Positions 1-9,218 are shown, counted from the first letter of the stretch. The stretch: DNA of 24,000 nt from Erwinia sp. S63 (GCF_016625195.1 NZ_JACVUP010000002.1:196711-220710); one strand, 5' to 3'. Notes: generated by a model not told the origin, from the letters alone. Program-made: numbers and translations.

Positions 1-1
1 A

Positions 2-337
2 GCGGCACAACCTGCGCCTGCTGCTGCCAATGACGACGCTAAAGCGAAAGCGGATCAAGCCGCTGCAGATAAAGCGGCCGCAGATAAAGCCGCAGCGGAC
101 AAAGCAGCTGCGCAGAAAGCGGCTGATGCTAAAGCTGCTGAAGAGAAAGTGAAGGCGGATAAAGCGGCTGCCCAAAAAGCAGCAGAGGATAAAGCGAAAG
201 CTGAGAAAACCACTGCACAGAAAGCGGCGGATGACAAAGCGAAAGCCGATGCCGCCGCAGCGCAGAAAGCGCAGTCAGATGCTACGCCAGCCAAGCCGGA
301 AGGTGAGGCGACAAAAGCAGCTCCTGCCAGTAACTAA
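2..337 (+). CDS. C-terminal part of an Ala/Lys/Asp-rich low-complexity repeat protein (5' end lies outside the window)
   Basis: Frame 2 is open from the window edge to TAA at 335-337. The translation is degenerate A-A-(D/Q)-K-A repeats ending ...TPAKPEGEATKAAPASN. A strong terminator follows. The family cannot be recognised from low-complexity sequence. Confidence 0.5.
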   Translation, partial: AAQPAPAAANDDAKAKADQAAADKAAADKAAADKAAAQKAADAKAAEEKVKADKAAAQKAAEDKAKAEKTTAQKAADDKAKADAAAAQKAQSDATPAKPEGEATKAAPASN

Positions 338-350
338 CTTCGCTGTAATG

Positions 351-378
351 AAAAAACCCCGTCTCGACGGGGTTTTTT
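351..378. terminator. Bidirectional rho-independent terminator between convergent genes
   Basis: aaaaaa-CCCCGTC-tc-GACGGGG-tttttt: a GC stem (357-372) flanked by an A-run upstream and a T-run downstream. It lies between the stop at 337 (+) and the stop at 386 (-). Confidence 0.8.
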
Positions 379-385
379 ATTTCCG

Positions 386-1759
386 TTAACCGGCGACGAC
401 CACCAGTTTTTGATTAGCGAACTCCTTCAGGCCAAGATCGGACAACTCGCGTCCATAGCCTGAGCGTTTCACGCCACCAAACGGCAACTCCGCGGCGGTA
501 TCGCTCTGAGAGTTGATAAACACCATACCGGTCTCGATCTGCGATGCCATGTTGCGCCCACGCAAAATATCGCGCGTCCACACTGAACCGCCCAGACCGT
601 AGTGCGAATCATTGGCCAGTGCGATGGCGGTGCGATCGTCAGCCACCACATAAACCTGTGCCACCGGTCCAAAGAACTCCTGATAATAGGCAGGATTTTG
701 CGGTGTGAGGCCAGTCAGTATCGTCGGCTGATAATAACAACCCACGCCTTCTATCACTTTTCCGCCCAGTTCAACGCGCGCCCCCTGTTTGATCGCATCA
801 TCAACCTGCTTCACCAAACGATCGCGTGCCTCCCTGGATGAAAGCGGACCGAGCGTAGTGCTCTCATCCAGTGGATCGCCCGGTTTGGCTGATTGCAAGG
901 CCACACTAAACTTCGCCATAAAATCAGTGGCTATTTTTTCGTGCAGGATAAAGCGCTTCGCTGCGGTACATACCTGACCACAGTTACTTAATCGCGCCTG
1001 CGCGCCCTGGCGCACGGCTTCGTCAATATCGGCATCGTCCAGCACCACGAATACGTCGTTGCCGCCTAACTCCAGCGTGGACTTTTTCAGATGCTTTCCG
1101 GCCTGCTCCGCCACGGCGCTACCGGCACGTTCAGAGCCTGTCAGCGCAACGCCTTGTACACGTGGATCGGCAATCAGATCGGCGACTTGTTGATTAGAGA
1201 TAAACAGATTGGTCCACGCGCCTTTAGGCGCACCCGCTTCTTCAACCAGTTTTTCGAAGACATCGGCACAGTGCGGCACAATGTTGGCATGTTTCGCCAG
1301 CACCGGATTTCCAAGTGCCAGATTCGGTGCCAGCACGCGCATAAGCTGGTAATAAGGGAAGTTCCAGGGCTCGACGGCGACCACTACGCCTATTGGGTGA
1401 TACTCAAGCCAGGCATCGCCCACCGTGCTGGGGTAGGGTTGTGCCTCTAATAAGTGCGCCGCATGCTCAGCATAATATCTTGCGATTTGCGCACAGATTT
1501 TCACTTCACCTCGACTCTGTCCGATTAATTTGCCCATTTCACGGCTGGCAATCTCAGCCAATTCGTCAACGCGCTGATCGATCAAATCGGCCAGTCGATG
1601 CAGCACCTGCAGGCGTGGCTGCATATCGCCTTTGCACCACGCAGAGTGGTAGAGATCGTCAGCCGCACTGAGCGCCTGCTGCATGAAGGTGTCATCGTGA
1701 TTAGGCCAGGATTTCAGCAACTGATTATTGGCCGGGTTGATGCTTTGATAGGCTGACAT
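386..1759 (-). CDS. NAD(P)+-dependent aldehyde dehydrogenase, succinate-semialdehyde dehydrogenase (Sad/YneI)-like
   Basis: The 457-aa ORF has ALDH hallmarks: VEPWNFP, catalytic Glu in LELGGND, catalytic Cys in GQVCTAAKRF, and C-terminal FGGVKRSGYGRE. It is colinear by eye with E. coli Sad/YneI. An AAGGAG RBS sits just upstream of the ATG at 1759. Confidence 0.85.
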   Translation of the reverse strand: MSAYQSINPANNQLLKSWPNHDDTFMQQALSAADDLYHSAWCKGDMQPRLQVLHRLADLIDQRVDELAEIASREMGKLIGQSRGEVKICAQIARYYAEHAAHLLEAQPYPSTVGDAWLEYHPIGVVVAVEPWNFPYYQLMRVLAPNLALGNPVLAKHANIVPHCADVFEKLVEEAGAPKGAWTNLFISNQQVADLIADPRVQGVALTGSERAGSAVAEQAGKHLKKSTLELGGNDVFVVLDDADIDEAVRQGAQARLSNCGQVCTAAKRFILHEKIATDFMAKFSVALQSAKPGDPLDESTTLGPLSSREARDRLVKQVDDAIKQGARVELGGKVIEGVGCYYQPTILTGLTPQNPAYYQEFFGPVAQVYVVADDRTAIALANDSHYGLGGSVWTRDILRGRNMASQIETGMVFINSQSDTAAELPFGGVKRSGYGRELSDLGLKEFANQKLVVVAG

Positions 1760-1777
1760 AAAGGGCTCCTTGGCAGT

Positions 1778-1806
1778 AAAAATGACAAAGGCGGGACATG
1801 CCCGCC
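1778..1806 (-). terminator. Rho-independent terminator after yccJ
   Basis: The minus strand reads GGCGGG-catgt-CCCGCC followed by TTTGTCATTTTT. It lies between the yccJ stop (1813) and the ALDH start (1759). Confidence 0.5.
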
Positions 1807-1812
1807 TGCGTG

Positions 1813-2043
1813 TTAAACGTTTTTACGCTCGACCGTCTTATCGTCCCACGTCAGAACGTCCTGGTCGGTCTTATCAAAGGCGCGGAGCAGCACATCGTCG
1901 CTACCTTGCTGACGCCAGATTTCTTCCGCGAGTCGTTCATCGTAATTTGCCACCTCAAATATGGCTTCAGCAATTTCAGGTGAGGTGTGGCGCAGCGTGG
2001 CCCATTCGCCCACGTGGTGAGCTTTCGACTGTTCTGTGGCCAT
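1813..2043 (-). CDS. yccJ: YccJ family small protein
   Basis: The 76-aa ORF lies 20 nt downstream of wrbA with an AGGAG RBS. Its size and its position after wrbA match the E. coli wrbA-yccJ operon. Confidence 0.8.
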   Translation of the reverse strand: MATEQSKAHHVGEWATLRHTSPEIAEAIFEVANYDERLAEEIWRQQGSDDVLLRAFDKTDQDVLTWDDKTVERKNV

Positions 2044-2063
2044 AAAGGTCTCCTGTTGTGGAT

Positions 2064-2663
2064 TTATCCTTGCAGTTTTACCGCCAGTCCGGCGACGTAT
2101 TGGCCCTGATAGCGGGCAATTCCCAGTTCTTCTGCTGACGGTTGGCGTGAGCCGTCACCGCCCGCAATGGTGGTGGCGCCATAAGGCGTGCCGCCGCGTA
2201 CCTGAGAAATAGCGAAAAGTTCTTTGGTGCCATAACCAATAGGCACGATAACCATGCCGTGATGGGCGAGGGTGGTCCACACAGAGGTGATGGTTTGTTC
2301 CTGACCGCCACCGGTGCCGGTAGAGGCGAATACACTGGCGAGTTTGCCGTACAGCGCGCCTGAGGCCCACAATCCGCCGGTGCGATCCCAAAAATTACGC
2401 ATCTGACCGGCCATATTGCCAAAGCGGGTTGGCGTACCCACGATGATGGCGTCGTACTGGGTTAAATCTTCAGGTTTTGCTTCAGCCGCCGCCTGATTCA
2501 CCTTACCGCCCACCTGCGCAAATCTCTCCGCATCCATGCTTTCCGGTACACGAAGAATGGTGACCTCCGCACCGCTCACACTCTTTGCGCCTTCAGCCAC
2601 GGCTTGCGCCATGGTTTCGATATGTCCATACATTGAGTAATAAAGCACCAAAACTTTTGCCAT
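2064..2663 (-). CDS. wrbA: NAD(P)H:quinone oxidoreductase WrbA (flavodoxin-like)
   Basis: The 199-aa ORF starts [19 protein letters not shown]... and contains TPTRFGNM, near-identical in pattern to E. coli WrbA. An AGGA RBS is present. Confidence 0.95.
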   Translation of the reverse strand: MAKVLVLYYSMYGHIETMAQAVAEGAKSVSGAEVTILRVPESMDAERFAQVGGKVNQAAAEAKPEDLTQYDAIIVGTPTRFGNMAGQMRNFWDRTGGLWASGALYGKLASVFASTGTGGGQEQTITSVWTTLAHHGMVIVPIGYGTKELFAISQVRGGTPYGATTIAGGDGSRQPSAEELGIARYQGQYVAGLAVKLQG

Positions 2664-2698
2664 GGTTTTCTATCCTGCTGAGGGTGATGAGTATTCAG

Positions 2699-2707
2699 AA
2701 GTATAGA
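2699..2707 (-). promoter_or_regulatory. Candidate sigmaS-type extended -10 element for wrbA
   Basis: The minus strand reads TCTATACTT, matching the published sigmaS -10 consensus (KCTAYRCTT). It lies about 36-44 nt upstream of the wrbA ATG. wrbA is a known RpoS-dependent gene in E. coli. Confidence 0.4.
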
Positions 2708-2970
2708 AGAGACTGCGTAAGGTGCCGGAAGGGAGGTAGATGGATACGTTTAGCGCTGCGCTTTTTACCGGGCTAACCGCTTGTAAGCTGGATGTTAATC
2801 TGGTTTATGATGGAAAAATAAGTGAATTATATGTTTCAAAGTATGAATATTAGCCGAATATCAGACTGGCCTGGCTATCCTTTTATCAGGTGGCGCGAAT
2901 ACTCCGCCGCCTTGCTTTTCACCACATTGGATGAAAAGGCCTAACCACAGATGCTCAATCCCTGGAGGAA

Positions 2971-3138
2971 ATGATGGCACAACATCGTGGAGGATCAGGC
3001 AATTTCGCGGAAGATCGCGAGAGAGCCGCGGAAGCCGGTCGTAAAGGCGGAAAAAATAGCGGCGGTAATTTCAGGAACGACCCGCAACGCGCTTCCGAAG
3101 CAGGTGAAAAAGGGGGACGCAGTCGCAGCAAGAAGTAA
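2971..3138 (+). CDS. ymdF: KGG-repeat general stress protein (YmdF/YciG family)
   Basis: This was translated by hand because it falls below the track's size cutoff: MMAQHRGGSGNFAEDRERAAEAGRKGGKNSGGNFRNDPQRASEAGEKGGRSRSKK*. It is colinear with E. coli YmdF (MANHRGGSGNFAEDRERASEAGKKGG...). GGAGG lies at 2964-2968, so the second ATG (2974) is probably the true start. The synteny wrbA-ymdF-rutG matches E. coli. Confidence 0.8.
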   Translation: MMAQHRGGSGNFAEDRERAAEAGRKGGKNSGGNFRNDPQRASEAGEKGGRSRSKK

Positions 3139-3162
3139 TGTGATTGTGTTTGATTCCCCCCT

Positions 3163-3182
3163 CCGCCGGGTTCGCCCGGCGG
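3163..3182 (+). terminator. Possible terminator hairpin after ymdF
   Basis: CCGCCGGG-ttcg-CCCGGCGG is a perfect 8-bp GC stem, but no clean U-tract follows it. Confidence 0.3.
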
Positions 3183-3219
3183 TAACAAAGATTGCTTTTC
3201 CCCTCCTGACCAGGCAAAA

Positions 3220-4164
3220 ATGATCGCCAATCGATTATTTTGGTGCGTTATGTCTGCTTCAAACTCCCGTCTCAGCCTGCGTATTACGCGTCAGGAACTC
3301 GTTCTCATCTTCATTACCATGGTTTGGGGTGGGACCTTTTTGGTGGTACACCGGGCGATGGCACATTCCGGTCCCTTTTTCTTTGTGGGGCTGCGCTTTG
3401 CCACGGCATCGTTATTGCTGGCCTTTTTCTTCCGCCGTTATCTGAGGCACATGACATGGCTCGAAGTGAAAGCCGGTGCGCTGATTGGCCTGTCGATTGC
3501 GGGTGGCTACGGCTTACAAACCTGGGGGATGCAAACCATCTCCAGCAGCCAGTCGGCGTTTCTGACCGCGCTGTATGTGCCGGTGGTGCCGCTGCTGCAG
3601 TGGTTGTTCCTGCGTCGTCCTCCAGGATTGATGGCATGGATTGGCATTATGCTGGCGTTTACCGGTCTGGTGCTGGTGGCCGGGCCACAGGACGGCAGCC
3701 TGACGTTAAACGCAGGCGAGATTGCGACATTACTCAGCACGCTGGCGATTGCAGCTGAAATTATTCTTATCAGTCGTTTTGCGGGTCAGGTTGATGTGCG
3801 CCGTGTGACGCTGGTTCAGTTGATGGTGGCATCGGCCTGTGCCTTTGTCTTTATGATCCCTAACGGCGAGTCAGTCCCAACGATCTCTACGCCATTGCTG
3901 TTGAGTGCGCTGGGACTAGGCGCGGCCAGTGCACTGATTCAGGTGACAATGAATTGGGCGCAGCGCAGTGTGTCACCGACGCGGGCTACGGTGATTTACG
4001 CCGGTGAACCGGTTTGGGCAGGGGTGGTAGGACGGATTGCGGGTGAACGTTTACCGGCCGCTGCTTTGTTGGGCGGTGTGCTGATCGTTTGTGGGGTGAT
4101 CGTCAGCGAGTTACGACTTCGCCGCAAGAAAGCGGTGCCTGAGCAGGCACCGCTGGAGCCTTAA
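3220..4164 (+). CDS. DMT superfamily (EamA-type) transporter
   Basis: The 314-aa ORF is a polytopic roughly 10-TM protein with two EamA-like halves. The start is uncertain: ATG 3220 or ATG 3250 (MSASNSRL...), and neither has a clear SD. Its stop overlaps the rutG stop. Confidence 0.75.
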   Translation: MIANRLFWCVMSASNSRLSLRITRQELVLIFITMVWGGTFLVVHRAMAHSGPFFFVGLRFATASLLLAFFFRRYLRHMTWLEVKAGALIGLSIAGGYGLQTWGMQTISSSQSAFLTALYVPVVPLLQWLFLRRPPGLMAWIGIMLAFTGLVLVAGPQDGSLTLNAGEIATLLSTLAIAAEIILISRFAGQVDVRRVTLVQLMVASACAFVFMIPNGESVPTISTPLLLSALGLGAASALIQVTMNWAQRSVSPTRATVIYAGEPVWAGVVGRIAGERLPAAALLGGVLIVCGVIVSELRLRRKKAVPEQAPLEP

Positions 4165-5486
4165 GGATGCTGTCGTGCCGCCTGGTTTGCCAGCGCGGCA
4201 CCACGACGTTTAAGAATTGCATTAAGAATAATGGCACCGAAGGTCGCGGTGCCAATTCCGCCAAGGGTAAAACTGCCGATCTTTAAAGCAAAATCGCCCG
4301 CGCCCAGCACTAACGTGGTGGCCACCATGATCAAATTACCGTTCTGACTGAAATCAACGTTGTTTTGCACCCAGATCCGCGCACCTGCCACGGCGATTAA
4401 GCCGAATACCACAATTGACGCACCGCCAATCACTGGGCCGGGAATGGTATGAATCAAGGCACCAAACTTCGGTGAGAAGCCGAGTATCAGCGCAATCACC
4501 GCTGCCGCCACAAACGCCAGAGTCGAATAGACTTTGGTCACCGCCATCACGCCAATATTCTCGGCGTACGTCGTTACACCGCTGCCACCCATCGATCCTG
4601 ACAACATGGTGGCAAGGCCATCACCGACAAACGCGCGCCCCATCCAGGGATCAAGATTGCGGCCCGTCATACCTGCAACGGCTTTGATATGACCCAGGTT
4701 TTCAGCGACCAGAATGATAGCCACAGGGGCAATCATCACTATCGCCTGCATATCAAACACCGGTGCGGTGGTGTGCGGTAACCCAAACCAGGGCGCACTG
4801 GCGACACCGCTAAAATCGACCGGCTTGCCGAGGCCAAACACGTTGGTGAGCAAGGCGTAGATCGCCCAGGCGACAATCAGGCCAACCAGAATCAGTAAGC
4901 GCTGAACCAGGCCGCGAGTGAAGACCGCGACCACGCCAATGCATAGCACTGTCATCACCGCCATCCAGCTGTCGAACATAGATGCAGATACACCGTGCAC
5001 GGCGATTGGAGCCAGATTCAGGCCAATCGCCATCACCACTGCACCGGTGACGACGGGCGGCATCAGGCGTTCAATCCAACCCGTACCGACTTTCATCACG
5101 ATCAGGCCAATCAGTGTATAGAGTGCGCCACACGCGATGACTCCGCCCAGCGCGAGGGCCAGATTGGGGTTCAGTCCCTGGCCGTTGAATCCGGTCACCG
5201 CGATAATCACCCCGACAAAGGCGGCGCTAGAACCGAGATAACTCGGCACACGGCCGCCAGTGACGACAAAGAACAGCAGCGTACCGATACCAGAAACCAG
5301 AATCGCCAGGTTGGGGTCCAGTCCCATCAGCAACGGCATCAGCACCGTCGCGCCAAACATTGCTACAGCATGCTGCAGGCCCATGACAAACGTCTGCCCG
5401 AGAGGCAGAGTTTCATCCGGAGCAATCAGCCCATCTTCGGTCATGGCTGACTTTTTCTGCCAGCGGGGGAACCAGGAACTCGCCAT
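4161..5486 (-). CDS. rutG: Pyrimidine (uracil) permease RutG, NCS2 family
   Basis: The 441-aa ORF is colinear from its first residues with E. coli RutG (MASSWFPRWQKKS.. vs MAMFGFPHWQLKS..; GLQHAVAMFGATVLMPLLMGLDPN; TTYAENIGVMAVTKVYS). A GGAGA RBS is present. Confidence 0.9.
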   Translation of the reverse strand: MASSWFPRWQKKSAMTEDGLIAPDETLPLGQTFVMGLQHAVAMFGATVLMPLLMGLDPNLAILVSGIGTLLFFVVTGGRVPSYLGSSAAFVGVIIAVTGFNGQGLNPNLALALGGVIACGALYTLIGLIVMKVGTGWIERLMPPVVTGAVVMAIGLNLAPIAVHGVSASMFDSWMAVMTVLCIGVVAVFTRGLVQRLLILVGLIVAWAIYALLTNVFGLGKPVDFSGVASAPWFGLPHTTAPVFDMQAIVMIAPVAIILVAENLGHIKAVAGMTGRNLDPWMGRAFVGDGLATMLSGSMGGSGVTTYAENIGVMAVTKVYSTLAFVAAAVIALILGFSPKFGALIHTIPGPVIGGASIVVFGLIAVAGARIWVQNNVDFSQNGNLIMVATTLVLGAGDFALKIGSFTLGGIGTATFGAIILNAILKRRGAALANQAARQHP

Positions 5487-5531
5487 CGTCTTCTCCAGGG
5501 TAGCGGTGGAACCGGGCCGCGCAGTGCGGCG

Positions 5532-6053
5532 TTAGCGGGCGTCCTGCCGTAAAAGGTGATGATATCCACGGTCAAACCACGCCAGGCCATGCGAATCATC
5601 GTTACGCACTAGCGCTAGCGCTTCACAAATTAGAATGTCGTGAGTGCCAACACTGACCACCTGCGTGATTTTGCAATCAAACGACACGGTGGCGCCCACC
5701 AGCAGAGGGGATCCGCTGGCCAGGGTGTGCCAGTCCGCAGCGGCAAAACGCTGTTCCATCGGCGTCTTCCCGCCAAACAGTGTCGAAAGATCTTCATGAC
5801 CGGCCGCCAGGGTGTTGACGCACAGATAGCCATTGTCATGGAAAGTCGGCCAGACCGAGGCGGAACGATTCAGACACACCAGCAAAGTGGGCGGCGCATC
5901 CGTCACGCTGCAGACGGCTGAGGCAGTGAATCCGGCGCGACCGGCAGGACCGTCGGTGGTGATAATATTGACCGCCGCACCCAATCGCGCCATGGCATGG
6001 CGAAAAGCATCGCGATCTACATTCGGCAGCAGCGGCAGTTCATGCACACTCAT
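5532..6053 (-). CDS. rutF: FMN reductase RutF
   Basis: The start was trimmed to ATG at 6053 (MSVHELPLL...), which has an [47 protein letters not shown] is near-identical to E. coli RutF. The track ORF (to 6146) is an upstream extension that overlaps rutD. Confidence 0.9.
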   Translation of the reverse strand: MSVHELPLLPNVDRDAFRHAMARLGAAVNIITTDGPAGRAGFTASAVCSVTDAPPTLLVCLNRSASVWPTFHDNGYLCVNTLAAGHEDLSTLFGGKTPMEQRFAAADWHTLASGSPLLVGATVSFDCKITQVVSVGTHDILICEALALVRNDDSHGLAWFDRGYHHLLRQDAR

Positions 6054-6069
6054 GGTTTCACTCCTTTGT

Positions 6070-6873
6070 TCAACTCGCGGCGCGCTGTGCAGGTGCCGCC
6101 GTTTCGGCCAGCCATCCCAGCAGCAGAGCGTTAAACTTATCGGCATCGGTCACGCTCATCGCATGCCCGCCCCACGGCATCTCAATCAGACTGCCATTCG
6201 GCAGCGCCTGGACCAGTTGTGGAGAGCAGCTCCACGGCACCAGCAGATCGTCCTGGCTACAAATGGCTAACACAGGCTGATGAATCCGCGCCGCATGCGG
6301 ACGGAAATCACTGTTCATCAGTGCATGCAAGCGGCGCAGCAGATTTTCCATGCCCTGAAAATGGGCTACGTGATGAGCATCCTCAGCTGTGATGCGCGCC
6401 TGATGTCGAGCCAGCCATTCGGCCGGATAGAGGAACAATGGCTGCGCGCGCACAAAGGCCTCTACGCCCACGTTGAGCAGTAAATCCTGCCGCACCTGGA
6501 AGCAGCGCTGCGTATGCGGATCCAGCGACAGCCAGCCATTAATCACCACGACGCGGCCGACACGGTCGGGATAATCCAGCGCCAGCTGCAGGCCGATCAG
6601 GCCACCCAGCGCGTGGCCAACAATGTCGTAATGTTGAATGTCACGCTGCGCCAGTAGCTCAGCCAGTTCAGCAGCCATCATCGCCATGTTGTAGCCTTCA
6701 GGCAGCGTATCGGCACTGCGACCGGTGCCGCGTTGGTCATAAGTCACCACGCGATAATGGGGCGTCAGTGCCGCCAGCTGAGGTTGCCAGAAGCTCGCCA
6801 CGCCACCAAGACCGGACGACAGCACCAGCGTTGGCGCATCGGCAGCGGTTAATCCATGAATCTCAAGGTGCAT
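6070..6873 (-). CDS. rutD: Alpha/beta hydrolase RutD (aminoacrylate hydrolase)
   Basis: The 267-aa ORF has the alpha/beta-hydrolase nucleophile elbow GHALGG and sits in the operon between rutC and rutF. Its start ATG overlaps the rutC stop (TAATG). Confidence 0.85.
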   Translation of the reverse strand: MHLEIHGLTAADAPTLVLSSGLGGVASFWQPQLAALTPHYRVVTYDQRGTGRSADTLPEGYNMAMMAAELAELLAQRDIQHYDIVGHALGGLIGLQLALDYPDRVGRVVVINGWLSLDPHTQRCFQVRQDLLLNVGVEAFVRAQPLFLYPAEWLARHQARITAEDAHHVAHFQGMENLLRRLHALMNSDFRPHAARIHQPVLAICSQDDLLVPWSCSPQLVQALPNGSLIEMPWGGHAMSVTDADKFNALLLGWLAETAAPAQRAAS

Positions 6874-7268
6874 TACGCCTCCTGCGGCCCGATGTGCGCG
6901 ACGCTGGCAATTTCAATCAGCGCGTCTGGTTTAACCAATCCGCACTGAATGCAGAAGCGCGCGGGTTTGTCGCCGGGGAAATACTCGGCGTAGACCTGGT
7001 TAATCGCGGCGTAATTGCTCCAGTCGGTGAGGAAAATAGAGTTGAAAGTGACGTCGCTCATGCTGCCACCGGCGGTCTCGATCACCTTTTTGATGGTTTC
7101 CAGTACGTGACGGGTTTGAGCCGCCGCATCGCCAACGTGGACCACATTGTTACTGGCATCAAACGGAAGCGTGCCTGACACGTAAACCACGCCGTCGGCC
7201 AGGGTGCCCGGCACAAAGGGCGCAATCGGGGTGCCGCTTCCGGCAGGAATAATCACACTTTTAGGCAT
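6873..7268 (-). CDS. rutC: RidA/YjgF-family aminoacrylate peracid reductase RutC
   Basis: The 131-aa ORF starts [32 protein letters not shown] and contains [13 protein letters not shown], near-identical in pattern to E. coli RutC. Confidence 0.9.
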   Translation of the reverse strand: MPKSVIIPAGSGTPIAPFVPGTLADGVVYVSGTLPFDASNNVVHVGDAAAQTRHVLETIKKVIETAGGSMSDVTFNSIFLTDWSNYAAINQVYAEYFPGDKPARFCIQCGLVKPDALIEIASVAHIGPQEA

Positions 7269-7312
7269 CGTCGCAGTTCCTTATCGTTATGGTTTTGCAG
7301 GTGAGATGGACC

Positions 7313-8026
7313 CTAAGCTTTCAGGGCTTCACAAAAAGTGTCCGTGTCGCTTACCCAGCCAAAGAAAGTTTCGATGTTGAAAATCGCCGCCTGTTGGGCG
7401 AACGCCGGTCCGGCCTGATGTGTGGCGTCTTCCAGCACCACGCCAAAATATTCGAGGAAGAAGCCATCGCGCAGTGTCGACTCGACACACACGTTGGTGG
7501 CAATACCGGTAAACACCAGATGACGGATGCCGCGACTGCGCAGCATGCTATCGAGAGGGGTATTAAAGAAGCCGCTGTAGCGCGGTTTGGGCAACACGAT
7601 GTCCCCCGCCTGCGGCACCAGTTCATCGACAAGGGCATAATCCCAGCCGCCTTTTGACAACAGCGTGCCCTGTAACTCCGGTCGCTTGCGCATGGTTTTC
7701 AGCGCATTCGATTTATGGAAGTTAGGTGAGCCAGCATCACCCGCTTCGACGTACTGATCGTCCCAGCCGTTCTGGAACCAAATAATCTGCATGCCAGCGG
7801 CTCGCGCCGCGGTCACCGCCTGATGAATTTTGGCAATAACCGGTTTGGTGGCGGAGACGTCAAAGCCGGCAAGATCGAGATAGCCGCCCTCGGTGGCATA
7901 GGCGTTTTGCATATCCACCACGATCAAAGCACTTTGCGCTGGCGGCAGTGCGATCGCTTCTGGCCGGGCGGGCAGGGTGATATTCGGCAAGCTCGACGTA
8001 TGAGCGCAAGTCACGGTACTCATCAT
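7313..8026 (-). CDS. rutB: Ureidoacrylate amidohydrolase RutB (isochorismatase family)
   Basis: The start is set at ATG 8026 with an AAGGAGG RBS (8031-8037) and an ATGA overlap with the rutA stop. [56 protein letters not shown] match E. coli RutB. Confidence 0.9.
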   Translation of the reverse strand: MMSTVTCAHTSSLPNITLPARPEAIALPPAQSALIVVDMQNAYATEGGYLDLAGFDVSATKPVIAKIHQAVTAARAAGMQIIWFQNGWDDQYVEAGDAGSPNFHKSNALKTMRKRPELQGTLLSKGGWDYALVDELVPQAGDIVLPKPRYSGFFNTPLDSMLRSRGIRHLVFTGIATNVCVESTLRDGFFLEYFGVVLEDATHQAGPAFAQQAAIFNIETFFGWVSDTDTFCEALKA

Positions 8027-9114
8027 GCAACCTCCTTCTGCGAAGTGATAACGTTTTGACGACACTGCATTAATGGCTGGATACGTTCCCCGAAATCTTC
8101 AATGCCTTGCAGGAAGTCATCAAAGGTCAGTAATACGCCTTGAGCGCCATCAACCTCTGCCACTTCATCCAACATTCGTGCCACATTGGCGTAAGACCCC
8201 ACTAAGGTGCCCATATTGATGTTCACGGCTGAGGTCGGATCGGCCATCTGACGCACGTTGGTATCGCTGCCGGACTTGGTGTCCTGCTGGCTTTGCGTGG
8301 TGAGCCATGCAAGGGCTTCTTCATCGGCGCCCGCTTTGTAATGCTCCCATTTGGCGCGTGCGGCCTCGTCGCTTTCGGCGGCAATGATCATAAACAGCAC
8401 ATAGGACCCGACATCGCGTCCGGCGTTATCCGCTGCGACTTTCATGCGGCTGGCGGTCGGAGCAAAGGCAGTAGGCGTATTGACCCCTTTACCAAAGCAG
8501 AAGTTGTAATCGGCATGCTGCGCGGAGAACGCCATACCGGCATCGCTCTGACCGGCACAGATCACCTTCATCGGTTTCTGCGGTTGCGGGCTGACGCGGC
8601 AGTCGTTCATGGTGAAGAATTCACCTTTAAAATCACTCTGACCGGTGCCCCACAAATCGCGCAGCACGGTGACGTACTCAGTGAGGTATTGGTAACGGCT
8701 GGAGAAGTACTCATCACCCGGCCACAATCCCATCTGTTCGTACTCCGGTTTCTGCCAGCCGGTGACCAGATTGACGCCGAAACGGCCATTGGAAATCGAA
8801 TCAATAGTGGCGGCCATGCGCGCCACAATCGCCGGAGGCAGCGTCAGGGTCGCTGCTGTGGCATAAATTTCAATCCGTGAGGTCACCGCCGCGAGCCCCG
8901 CCATTAGCGTGAAGGATTCGAGGTTGTGATCCCAGAATTCAGTTTTGCCGCCAAAGCCGCGCAACTTAATCATCGAGAGCGCAAAGTCGAAGTGATAGTG
9001 CTCGGCTTTCAGCACAATCTCTTTATTCAGTTCAAAAGTCGGTTTGTACTGCGGCGCATGGGTGGAGATGAGCCAGCCATTGTTGCCAATCGGGATAAAG
9101 ACGCCAATTTTCAT
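8023..9114 (-). CDS. rutA: Pyrimidine monooxygenase RutA (luciferase-like, FMN-dependent)
   Basis: The start was trimmed to ATG 9114 ([23 protein letters not shown]...), giving 363 aa colinear with E. coli RutA through ...QPLMQCR. The 555-aa track ORF is an artefactual upstream extension that runs through the promoter region and into rutR. Confidence 0.9.
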   Translation of the reverse strand: MKIGVFIPIGNNGWLISTHAPQYKPTFELNKEIVLKAEHYHFDFALSMIKLRGFGGKTEFWDHNLESFTLMAGLAAVTSRIEIYATAATLTLPPAIVARMAATIDSISNGRFGVNLVTGWQKPEYEQMGLWPGDEYFSSRYQYLTEYVTVLRDLWGTGQSDFKGEFFTMNDCRVSPQPQKPMKVICAGQSDAGMAFSAQHADYNFCFGKGVNTPTAFAPTASRMKVAADNAGRDVGSYVLFMIIAAESDEAARAKWEHYKAGADEEALAWLTTQSQQDTKSGSDTNVRQMADPTSAVNINMGTLVGSYANVARMLDEVAEVDGAQGVLLTFDDFLQGIEDFGERIQPLMQCRQNVITSQKEVA

Positions 9115-9202
9115 GTGAAACCTCTCTGCATTGAACGGGCATTGCTCTACGCGCTGCGTTGCTTCCTGCACGCATCCTGCGAGCGGCGCTCCGTCACAAA
9201 AT

Positions 9203-9218
9203 TGCAAAGCCTGTGCCA
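9203..9218 (-). promoter_or_regulatory. Sigma54 (-24/-12) promoter of the rut operon
   Basis: The minus strand reads TGGCAC-AGGCT-TTGCA, an exact match to the TGGCAC-N5-TTGCA consensus. It lies about 90 nt upstream of the rutA ATG. The E. coli rut operon is known to be NtrC/sigma54-dependent. Confidence 0.6.

Noticed and set aside
55-294. 79-aa minus-strand ORF (Ala/Ser/Phe/Cys-rich)
   Set aside because: It is the antisense shadow of the GCN/AAR repeat coding frame on the + strand. It has no RBS and its composition is an artefact of the repeat.
2955-3230. 91-aa minus ORF and the 78-aa plus ORF (2987-3223)
   Set aside because: Both overlap the recognisable ymdF frame (2971-3138), which has a strong SD. 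Neither has an RBS or a recognisable product.
6054-6146. Upstream extension of rutF in the 204-aa track ORF
   Set aside because: It overlaps the 3' end of rutD. The E. coli RutF alignment and an AAGGAG RBS support the internal ATG at 6053.
8293-8880. 195-aa + ORF antisense to rutA. Similar long antisense or nested ORFs occur in rutG (4995-5450), uvrC (17735-18388), cycA (11278-11568, 11884-12213), pgsA (19372-19793) and the ALDH gene (1091-1671).
   Set aside because: All lie inside genes with unambiguous homology on the opposite strand or in another frame. Their Arg/His/Gly-rich composition is typical of GC-rich antisense frames, and none has an RBS.
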